Shown here: in pieces, positions 18,537-26,754 of the stretch | How the letters are laid out: each line of letters begins with the position of its first letter | Numbering within the stretch: the stretch's first letter is position 1 | The notes under the pieces: model-generated | Databases searched by the model: none | Told to the model about the DNA's origin: nothing | The model's input: the letters and a program-made list of their open reading frames with translations, nothing else | Translations under genes and position numbers: made by a program | IMG/VR virus record: IMGVR_UViG_3300028888_000074 | Location: 1 to 64,000 of that record | Direction: 5' to 3' (one strand) | Source: a virus | Lineage: Duplodnaviria; Caudoviricetes | DNA length: 64,000 nucleotides

Positions 18537-19023
18537 CGCATACATATCCAATATGTACAACAACGGGGAAGCTAACAGCAAAGTTATATGTTAATGGGGT
18601 AACAAACTGCTTCCCGACACACACACGCTCTTTGAAATAAAAAAAAGCAATCGCACAGCAAACTTTCTTATTAATGCAAATAAAAAGCTCACTATGGTCA
18701 TAATTTCCAAGGCACACGCCGTAGCCTTTGACCGAAAGCGGCAGGGTAAAGAAAACGGGTCATAGCGTACTGCCCGAAAAGGCGCACCACCTCGATTGCT
18801 GTCAATAACACATGGGGTGTGCCAGTTTATCATGGCTAGGCTTTCTTATTACTTATTTGTGCGGCACCAGCCCAGCCATTCGCGGTCTTGTTTTTTTTCA
18901 TATCGGCACACCCCTTTTTTAAAAACTGGCACACTTTTTGCTAGCATATGGTACGCAACTGCGTACATAAAAAGAAGAAAAATTTTAATTTTAATTAACA
19001 AACAAACTTTAAAACTTAAAACA

Positions 19024-19890
19024 ATGGATTTAAAACAGAAAACTTATTTCATTCAGAGAACAGATTTAATCAAGTCCTACCTCAAGGACATCAACAAATA
19101 TCCCGTCCTGACAAGACAACAGGAGGAGGACCTGTTCAAGGCATACTACGAGCTTGAAGGAAACAAGGAGGCCCAGAACGCCATCCGTAACCAAATCATC
19201 ATGGCAAACCAGCGCTTCGTGTTCGCAATCGCAAAGCGCTACGCTACAGATGACACCCTTGTCGACCTTGTCAACGAAGGGAACCTCGGAATGATTGCCG
19301 CATTCGACGACTACAACCCTGAGCTCGGTTACCGCTTCACAACCATGGCAGGCAACTATGTCCGCCGCGCCATTAACAAGTATCTCAACAACGACAATCT
19401 GACAGTGCGCCCGACCAACAACATCATGTTCGGCCCCAAGGTCAAGTGCATAGAGCGCGACTATCAGGCAAAGTACGGCACCAAGCCCACCATCGCCGAA
19501 ATCAAGGAAATCCTTAAGGAAAAGTACGGCCTGGAAGTGAAGAACGAATCCGACATCTATGGCGCTTTCGTAACTTCAATCGACGATAACCAGTCTGTTG
19601 AGGACGATGACGACATGCAGGACTACAGCGAATACGCCACAGTAAGCGCAAGCCATAACGAATACCTGGACACCATGGAAAAGGAAGACCTGTCATACCA
19701 AATGCAACAGGCCCTCAACTCTCTCTCAGAGAGAGAGCAAACCATTGTCAAAATGTCAAACGGAATCGGATACACCAAGGAATACAAGGACAAGGAAATC
19801 GCACAGGAACTCGGACTATCAACCGAACGTGTCCGCCAAATAAAACATTCGGCAACAAAGAAAATGGCTGAGGTATACTGCGTGGCTTAA
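19024..19890 (+). CDS. Phage RNA polymerase sigma70-family factor (RpoD/RpoS-like regions 1.2-4)
   Basis: YLKDINKYPVLT..EE, NQRFVFAIAKRY, DLVNEGNLGMI.A...Y.P..G.RFTT.A, LSEREQ, EIAQELGLSTERVRQI; start placed at ATG 19024. Confidence 0.9.
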   Translation: MDLKQKTYFIQRTDLIKSYLKDINKYPVLTRQQEEDLFKAYYELEGNKEAQNAIRNQIIMANQRFVFAIAKRYATDDTLVDLVNEGNLGMIAAFDDYNPELGYRFTTMAGNYVRRAINKYLNNDNLTVRPTNNIMFGPKVKCIERDYQAKYGTKPTIAEIKEILKEKYGLEVKNESDIYGAFVTSIDDNQSVEDDDDMQDYSEYATVSASHNEYLDTMEKEDLSYQMQQALNSLSEREQTIVKMSNGIGYTKEYKDKEIAQELGLSTERVRQIKHSATKKMAEVYCVA

Positions 19891-19937
19891 TCCCTGAATT
19901 GAAAATAATAATTAAATTTAAATTAACAATTAATATC

Positions 19938-20717
19938 ATGGGTGAAAAAAAACATATTGAAATTGATTTCAAAGATAAGAATGATGCCAATGACGATTTG
20001 AAGGACACTTTAGAAATCGGTGCGGATTTGAATTCATTCAATGAATGCAAAAACGGCTGCGCATATGACAACGAGGAAAATGACAGACGAATGACCCTTC
20101 AAGAGAAAGAGGACGCCAAGATTGAACTTGTAAAACAGGCAATCAAAAACCCTACAATCAGACATGAAGATGATGTCAACTACAATCCAGATTTGAATTG
20201 CAAGGATGATGGGGTTACAAAGGAACTTCTTATGGAGACGATTGATAAAGCCAGACACATTGATGAGCTGGCTGACTTGACACCGCTGCAAAAGAAATGG
20301 GATAAGATTGCACAGGAACATAATAACCAGAAGGTCCCAGTCACAGAGAAGGTCAAGGATATCATTGATTTCGATGAGGTGCGGAACATGGACAAGCGAA
20401 TGAACAATATATACGCGGATGCGTACAAGGAAATGGACAAGGAGAAATCAACCAATCAAAATTACAATTTCAATTCCGATATCCGTGACTACAACATCGG
20501 CTCGTCTGATTACTCCAAACACAAAATCCAACCATGGGATATCTGGGAAGACTATAACCTCAATCCCTGGGATGCCGATATCGTCAAACGGGTCCTTAGA
20601 AAAAAGGAACTCCCTGGCATGGAAAACTCCCAGTCAAGAATAATGGACTACCAGAAAATCATCCATATCTGCCTCAAACGAATCGACCAAATCAAAAACA
20701 ATTCAAACATAATTTAA
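19938..20717 (+). CDS. protein with C-terminal DUF3310-like domain
   Basis: GSSDYSKHKIQPWDIW..YNLNPWDADIVKRVLR. Confidence 0.65.
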   Translation: MGEKKHIEIDFKDKNDANDDLKDTLEIGADLNSFNECKNGCAYDNEENDRRMTLQEKEDAKIELVKQAIKNPTIRHEDDVNYNPDLNCKDDGVTKELLMETIDKARHIDELADLTPLQKKWDKIAQEHNNQKVPVTEKVKDIIDFDEVRNMDKRMNNIYADAYKEMDKEKSTNQNYNFNSDIRDYNIGSSDYSKHKIQPWDIWEDYNLNPWDADIVKRVLRKKELPGMENSQSRIMDYQKIIHICLKRIDQIKNNSNII

Positions 20718-21036
20718 ATTTTAATATCTTATATTTTGAAAATTCAAATTTTAATTGTATAATGACAATACTTTCATTGTATGACTCAAGACTGCCAGTC
20801 ACACTCTGTTAACCTGGCTTCATAATCTTGACAATTAAAAAAAGTTTTAAGTTTGTACCTGGCGGGGATAACGGTAATGCACTGTGAACCCCGCCTTTCT
20901 TTTTATACACCAGCACCCATACAAAAACCAACACATAGTACGCAACTGCGTACTTCACTAACCTCCGCACTATTTATATTGTCATAATAAATTCGGACAA
21001 ATATAAAAAATCAAATTTAAATTAGAATCCAAAACC

Positions 21037-21327
21037 ATGATTCCAGCAAAACTTAAACAACTACTCTCACAATTCATTGTCCTTGTCCTGTTCATACTGA
21101 CAGCCCTCGGCTTCTATCTCGCAATCAAGGTGGCCTTCTTCTCCTCTTTCATTAACATAATGCTAATCATAATCTCAATATTCATCCTCATCGTCGCCTG
21201 CGGGGAAATGGACAGAATTCACGGCTTCGGCAAATACAGCGGAACAACCGAATCCCAATCCGAATCAATACCACAACCACATGACAATGATGAACCTCAT
21301 CACCACCCACACCCGCACAAACCTTGA
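21037..21327 (+). CDS. hypothetical membrane protein
   Basis: Two TM segments; CTATTTAT motif upstream. Confidence 0.65.
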   Translation: MIPAKLKQLLSQFIVLVLFILTALGFYLAIKVAFFSSFINIMLIIISIFILIVACGEMDRIHGFGKYSGTTESQSESIPQPHDNDEPHHHPHPHKP

Positions 21328-21329
21328 CA

Positions 21330-22270
21330 ACACTCACTACAAAATTACTCATATATTATAATACCTCCTTAGCCCCGACATGCCCCATCAGCACGTTGGG
21401 GCTTTCCTTTTTCTGCCCATCACACCACATCCCTTAATTATAATTCTAATTATCTCCACCGCTCATTCAATAAACAACCTTAATTATAATTCAAATTTAC
21501 ATATCACACAATATCTCTTAATTAAAATTAAAATTACACTGAAACCAACTAATAGTGTAATCCGCACAAGAGGAAAATTTTTACTTATTAACAATTTCAT
21601 AAAACACTGTTCATAACTTTCATTTGGATAATTATAATTAGCTGAAAATGAATAAGTTAATTATAATTAAGTCTGTACCAGTAAGTTAGATAATTCTAAT
21701 TTGAATTGTTAAAAATTATTGAAATTTTAATTGGAATTTAACACAGGACACAATTGTTTTTGGGGTTTTTGGCACTTGTCGTGCGGATAAAATTATAATT
21801 CAAATTACAATCAATCAAATCACATTGAAACTATCACATTAAAATACAATCACATTGTACATTATCTAATTAAAATCCCATTATCCGTCCAAATCATTTG
21901 AGATTAATTCCAATTCCAATTTGTTCCTTTTGTTTCCAATCATTTCCATTTCTTTCCAATTTGTACCATAAGTTTCCAATATTTTCCATTTGATTCTTAC
22001 TGGCACGTGTGGTGTCTGTCCGATTGATTTTCGACTGGGCAAATGGCGTGTGTGTATGTTACGGTTTGGCTGTTGTTTTTTCGTTTGTGTGGCTGTGGAA
22101 TACAATTCAAATTCAAATTACTGTGTTCCAGCGTGTTCGGTCGCAATTAAAATTCCGATTCTGGTGGTGTTTTCATTACGTGTGTTCCAAGTCATTGGTT
22201 TCCAGGGTTGTTTCTGTATATGGGGTTAAAATATTTGTGGGGTAGATTTTGGTAATTAGAATTAAAATTT
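21330..22270. other. Origin-like non-coding region
   Basis: AT-rich; ATCACATT x3 (about 21819-21856); TTCCA repeats (about 21908-21990); C-rich to G-rich switch near 21990. Confidence 0.4.
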
Positions 22271-22328
22271 GTATAATGGTTGGTAACGGATAAAGAGTGA
22301 AAATCTATAACAATAAAAACACAGAGAC

Positions 22329-22676
22329 ATGTTAAATAACGACATTAAAAACCTTGAACTAACGATTAAAAACCTTGAACTAACGGACGAGCTGGTGGAA
22401 AGGAACAGTTTCCTTTCGCAAGGAAGTGTTGAACCGTACAGGAAGGGTGCCATGGACATGGCCAGAAAGAAGGACTTCCTGTCAAAGATGAAAGAGAATA
22501 ACATAACGAGATGGCTGAATTCGATAAGCAAGGAGGAATTCAGTGAGTTTTTCACCATACGTCTGACGGACTGTGACAAGTGTCCAGCGAAGCGATTATG
22601 TGATGAACGCGGTTCGGATGACGAATGTGAGGAAGTGTTTTACTTGTGGTCAATCAAGGAAAGGGGTGAGGAATGA
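22329..22676 (+). CDS. hypothetical protein
   Basis: ORF after GTATAAT motif; internal 21-bp tandem duplication. Confidence 0.7.
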   Translation: MLNNDIKNLELTIKNLELTDELVERNSFLSQGSVEPYRKGAMDMARKKDFLSKMKENNITRWLNSISKEEFSEFFTIRLTDCDKCPAKRLCDERGSDDECEEVFYLWSIKERGEE

Positions 22677-22999
22677 GAATTACATCTTGGGCAACTTTTA
22701 GAAAAAAGTACGTTAAAGAAAAATATTACGTGCGTGATGGAATAAAAGGATGGGTAAGGGATTCCGTGCTTCCAACTTTGTCACATTATGGGTGGAAGAT
22801 ATGCCATCAAGATTATGGATATACTATGTTCGAATATGAAAAGCCAAAAGCTATGGCAAAAAGAATCATTACAGAAGATAAAATGGACACGGATAAATAC
22901 GAGTATTTGTATTATCCGTATTACTACACAGTCAGCAACGGATTTATGGACGCTTTTTATTTATTTAGGCGAGAATACAAGGAAGGAGGTGAGGAATGA
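22673..22999 (+). CDS. hypothetical protein
   Basis: ATGA overlap with upstream gene. Confidence 0.7.
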   Translation: MRITSWATFRKKYVKEKYYVRDGIKGWVRDSVLPTLSHYGWKICHQDYGYTMFEYEKPKAMAKRIITEDKMDTDKYEYLYYPYYYTVSNGFMDAFYLFRREYKEGGEE

Positions 23000-23301
23000 G
23001 TACTTTATATCTGCCTCTTAAAAAGGAATGGTACAATATGATTGAAAGCGGTGAAAAGAAAGAAGAATACCGAGAAATAAATAACCATTGGAAGTCACGA
23101 CTTATGCAATACTCTTTACGTTACGGCGTGCGTGATTATGTTTTCAAACCTTTAGACGAAGTGCGCTTCTCATACGGATACACTAAAAAGACAATGACTT
23201 ATAAAATAGACAGCATCACAATCGGAAGAGGAAATCCAGATTGGGGCGCACCTTTAGACAGAGATGTTTTTATAATAACATTAGGTGAAAAATGTAATTA
23301 G
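22996..23301 (+). CDS. ASCH-domain protein
   Basis: LPLKKEWYNMIESGEKKEEYRE motif. Confidence 0.75.
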   Translation: MSTLYLPLKKEWYNMIESGEKKEEYREINNHWKSRLMQYSLRYGVRDYVFKPLDEVRFSYGYTKKTMTYKIDSITIGRGNPDWGAPLDRDVFIITLGEKCN

Positions 23302-23659
23302 GAAAGAAATGATAGTATTAAAAAAGGGAGCTTATAATTATCACGCAACTAAAGATGGCGTTTGTTGAAGCTTTTGATTATAAATCAAACCAAGAGGAAG
23401 GGGAAAAGGAATGATTAAAAAGATTGAAAAAGCAAGATTTAAAGGCGACCTATCCCGATGGTCGGTTGGGAATGTGTGGCATCGCCACGACATATTCAAA
23501 AACTGCCCAATGCAATATGAGGAAGAGCTTCAACCAGATTTCAGACATTGACAAACTATGAAAATACTTGACACAAACCAATATATAGGTGAAAAACTGA
23601 ACATTAATGGTTGTTCTGTATTACAACGGAATGAGAAACAAACGAAAAAATAAAGAAAA

Positions 23660-24175
23660 ATGAAAGACATTGTAGAAAGAGGAAAAGAGTTGGCGTATCT
23701 GCTGCGGCACGACACGTCATACAAGTTCGAGGAAGGCGGTTGGCGCACGATTGAAGACCTCATCGTGAACCACGGCTACACTATGCAGGAACTCAAAGAA
23801 ATAGTGGAAACCAACAACAAGAAACGGTACGAGTTCTCGGAGGACGGACTTCATATCCGCGCACGGCAGGGTCACAGCGTCAAGGTTGATGTGGGTCTCA
23901 CCGAGAAAATTCCGCCCAAGACGCTGTATCACGGAACAGCCGACAGATTCGTTGATTCCATTATGGAGCAGGGCATACTGAAAGGCTCTCGCCTTTATGT
24001 GCATCTGTCAGACACGGAGGCTACCGCCGTTGAGGTCGGCAAGCGACACGGCAAACCCGTTGTGCTGTCAGTTGACACGGGCCGTATGTCTGCTGACGGA
24101 ATCAAGTTCTACTTCAGCAACAACGGTGTGTGGCTTACCGAGTATGTTGACCCAAAATATGTGACAATCCTATAA
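23660..24175 (+). CDS. kptA: RNA 2'-phosphotransferase (Tpt1/KptA)
   Basis: YLLRH, KKRY, IRARQGHS, LYHGT, R.YVHLS, NGVWLT. Confidence 0.92.
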   Translation: MKDIVERGKELAYLLRHDTSYKFEEGGWRTIEDLIVNHGYTMQELKEIVETNNKKRYEFSEDGLHIRARQGHSVKVDVGLTEKIPPKTLYHGTADRFVDSIMEQGILKGSRLYVHLSDTEATAVEVGKRHGKPVVLSVDTGRMSADGIKFYFSNNGVWLTEYVDPKYVTIL

Positions 24176-24185
24176 ATCGAAAGCA

Positions 24186-24416
24186 ATGACATACAGAATC
24201 TTAAAAACAGACAAAGGATATTCGGTTTGGTTCAAGAATGATTACGACAACAGAGGAATCAAATGGGAGCGTGTGATTTGGGAAAAGGAGGCATACTGCC
24301 GTTTCCAAGATTTCAATTTCACCGACACCATTGAGGAAGCCAAGCAGCGTGCAGCCGAACACAAGGCTGAAATGGAGAAAGAGTACGGCGTGTTTGTTGA
24401 AGAATTTACAATCTGA
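24186..24416 (+). CDS. hypothetical protein
   Basis: ORF in operon. Confidence 0.65.
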   Translation: MTYRILKTDKGYSVWFKNDYDNRGIKWERVIWEKEAYCRFQDFNFTDTIEEAKQRAAEHKAEMEKEYGVFVEEFTI

Positions 24417-24421
24417 CGACT

Positions 24422-24757
24422 ATGGAAAAGAAAGAATCAAAGACCACATACGATGGTATGATTTCGGAACCTAAAAATAATATTATGACAAAAGAAGAAT
24501 TTATAAAACAAGTTGTCACAATATCAAAATATAATGGCGATATAGCATCATATATCAATGATAACTTGGAAAACGTGGAAATACCATTTACTTTGAATGA
24601 CTCATTTACAGGAATATTAACAAAAGAAGGGGAAGACGGATATATGGCTGATAAAGTAGGCCAGAAAGTCAGATTGCAATTCCATAATTTAATGAGATTC
24701 AAAAGTCCTGTTGGAAGTGAGACTTTACCAGTAATAGATTGTAAACTAACGAGATAG
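24422..24757 (+). CDS. hypothetical protein
   Basis: ORF in operon. Confidence 0.65.
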   Translation: MEKKESKTTYDGMISEPKNNIMTKEEFIKQVVTISKYNGDIASYINDNLENVEIPFTLNDSFTGILTKEGEDGYMADKVGQKVRLQFHNLMRFKSPVGSETLPVIDCKLTR

Positions 24758-24770
24758 ATAAAAATTATAA

Positions 24771-25127
24771 ATGGAACTTAAAAAAAGAATAAAACTAAAC
24801 CCCGTTGTTGCGTTTCGTATGTCGGAGCAAAATTCGTATATGTACGGGTTACAGATGAAGCGTGGTTTGACAATAAAAGAAGCCTGCCACATCTACCGCA
24901 ACATTTTCCTTTTTGACATTGACCTATCTCTTAACGAGAGTGATGCCGAGGAAAAAAAGGAATACTATACCGCAATTACCGAAGCGATGAATAATTACAT
25001 CAAGGGCGACATTGGTTGGCGTACATTGTGTGACGAAACCTACTGCTATGACGATGATGAAATGGGACCATCGGTTGCATCATGTCTAAAACTAACTGAG
25101 TATTTACAACAAAAAGGAATTGTATAA
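24771..25127 (+). CDS. hypothetical protein
   Basis: ORF in operon. Confidence 0.68.
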   Translation: MELKKRIKLNPVVAFRMSEQNSYMYGLQMKRGLTIKEACHIYRNIFLFDIDLSLNESDAEEKKEYYTAITEAMNNYIKGDIGWRTLCDETYCYDDDEMGPSVASCLKLTEYLQQKGIV

Positions 25128-25130
25128 GAT

Positions 25131-25622
25131 ATGACACAGGAAGAAAAACAACTTTTATTGAAAGACCTTTGTGCAAGGTTGCCTTACGGTATAATGTGCC
25201 GTATCGACCACGACCCAGAAGGTGAGTATGATATAGGAATTGACGATGAAAGGTTTATTGACGACAGAATTGTCAGTGTTTGCCATGAGAACGAGCAGAT
25301 ATTCGTGTATGAGGATGAAGATTATCCGTATAGCCCAGAGGAAATCAGACCTTATCTCCGCCCGATGAGTTCTATGACTAAGGATGAAAAACGTGAGTTC
25401 CAAAATATTTTGTCCAACAACAAACACGGTGTATGGCTGGAGAATAGCGATGTATATGACGAAAAATGGGAGATAAGTGTGGATTCTTACTATCCTTACA
25501 TCCCTTTGGAGGGTTTCACAAACGGATTTGATTGGCTCAACGCCCATCATTTTGACTATCGTGGTTTAATTGAAAGAGGATTGGCGATGGAAGCACCTGA
25601 AGGGATGTATGAAATTAACTGA
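25131..25622 (+). CDS. MTQEEK-family phage protein (paralog 2)
   Basis: Shares LPYG, PYLRPMSSMT and DWLNAHHFDYRGLI with 261..671. Confidence 0.8.
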   Translation: MTQEEKQLLLKDLCARLPYGIMCRIDHDPEGEYDIGIDDERFIDDRIVSVCHENEQIFVYEDEDYPYSPEEIRPYLRPMSSMTKDEKREFQNILSNNKHGVWLENSDVYDEKWEISVDSYYPYIPLEGFTNGFDWLNAHHFDYRGLIERGLAMEAPEGMYEIN

Positions 25623-25643
25623 AATATTATAAAAAATTAATTT

Positions 25644-26018
25644 ATGAAACTTATTAGTTATATGTACAGTTACGGAGGCGATACTGGTTTTTGTCCATCT
25701 AATCGTGAGGAATGGCATTCGATAGCAACGTACCTTTATTTCGATGCTGAAAAGTGGACAATGAATGAAATATATAACATAACAAAAACCTTGTACAGTG
25801 AATATAAAAGTTTGGGTACTACTTGGACTTTGGGTGATGTCATGGATAATTTAGCCGAAGTCATCGTTCCTTTTATAAACAAAACTGAAGGTGTGTATCA
25901 AAAAATAGGAAATGGATGGACAAAAGTCAAAAAAAGAAAAATTATTGACCCAAATGAGCATGAAGTCATTTCATGGGAACTTAATGGCAAAACATATAAT
26001 TACGATTATAACAAATGA
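25644..26018 (+). CDS. hypothetical protein
   Basis: ORF in operon. Confidence 0.68.
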   Translation: MKLISYMYSYGGDTGFCPSNREEWHSIATYLYFDAEKWTMNEIYNITKTLYSEYKSLGTTWTLGDVMDNLAEVIVPFINKTEGVYQKIGNGWTKVKKRKIIDPNEHEVISWELNGKTYNYDYNK

Positions 26019-26407
26019 CACAAGAAGAAAAACAACTACTGTTGAAAGCGCTATGCGGATATTTGCCGTATGGAGTAAAGGTAAATGTGGAAACCACTGA
26101 CAGTAATGGAAATGAGATTAAAGATGAGGGAGTGCTTAATAGCGTCTTCATCGATGAGTACGGCATGGTATACATCTGCATTGATGGCTGTGAGTATGAA
26201 CTTGACGATGTTAAACCTTACCTACGCACAATGTCAAGTATGACGGAGGATGAAAAAGGTCAATATAATATTATAAAATGTTCCATTTGTCCTGATGATG
26301 CTGATGATTACGCAGGATTTGTTGATTGGCTCAACGAACACCATCTCGACTACCGTGAATTGATACCGATGGGATTGGCACTACCAGCAAAAGAAGGAAT
26401 GTATTAG
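26015..26407 (+). CDS. MTQEEK-family phage protein (paralog 3)
   Basis: Same motifs as paralogs 1 and 2. Confidence 0.8.
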   Translation: MTQEEKQLLLKALCGYLPYGVKVNVETTDSNGNEIKDEGVLNSVFIDEYGMVYICIDGCEYELDDVKPYLRTMSSMTEDEKGQYNIIKCSICPDDADDYAGFVDWLNEHHLDYRELIPMGLALPAKEGMY

Positions 26408-26408
26408 T

Positions 26409-26693
26409 ATGAAAGGACAATCGTTACAAAGACAGTTCAATTACTTGAAAGAGAGACTTGACAATAAGGACGGAACACGTATAATTGTGGATGAAAACCC
26501 TTATTATGGATTTTATGCCGAGTGTGATTGTCTCTATCATACAGAACGGCACGGTGATTGGGAATTGGTTATTGACGAAAAGATAAAAAACTGTGACTCA
26601 AACTGCAAGGAATGTAAAGAATGTGGTTTGTGGAATAAGAAAGGGTATTATTTTATTCCTTGTTCAAATATTTGGAGAATAAGATTGGATTGA
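26409..26693 (+). CDS. hypothetical Cys-rich protein
   Basis: Flanked by a duplicated tail of the upstream gene. Confidence 0.65.
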   Translation: MKGQSLQRQFNYLKERLDNKDGTRIIVDENPYYGFYAECDCLYHTERHGDWELVIDEKIKNCDSNCKECKECGLWNKKGYYFIPCSNIWRIRLD

Positions 26694-26754
26694 TACCGAT
26701 GGGACTTGCTTTACCAGCAAAAGAAGGAATGTATAACATATAAATAACAAAATT

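Larger units (their letters stand above)
209..18942 (+). promoter_or_regulatory. Array of 25 sigma54 (RpoN) -24/-12 promoters
   Basis: 17-mers YTGGCAYNNTWNTTGCW with exact GG-N10-GC spacing (GT variant in 3 copies) start at 209, 770, 1285, 2817, 3992, 5181, 5577, 6447, 7109, 7418, 7778, 8194, 9056, 9602, 10126, 10749, 11182, 11942, 12919, 13581, 14283, 15894, 16200, 17280 and 18926. All are on the + strand just upstream of starts. Confidence 0.85.

Noticed and set aside
209-18942. CRISPR array or integron cassette array
   Set aside because: The repeats are degenerate 17-mers spaced by whole genes and fit the sigma54 consensus. No cas gene, integron integrase or attC-like R-box structure was seen.
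18796-19023. N-terminal extension of the sigma factor
   Set aside because: It overlaps the sigma54 promoter, operator and leader. ATG 19024 fits the domain start.
21769-21785. Additional sigma54 promoter TTGGCACTTGTCGTGCG
   Set aside because: The spacing fits but the -12 box is weak and no gene follows; not counted.
23300-23650. Functional genes in short ORF debris (also 28550-28735, 48290-48450, 49800-49900)
   Set aside because: Fragmented and interrupted by stops; probably remnants, and no family could be supported.
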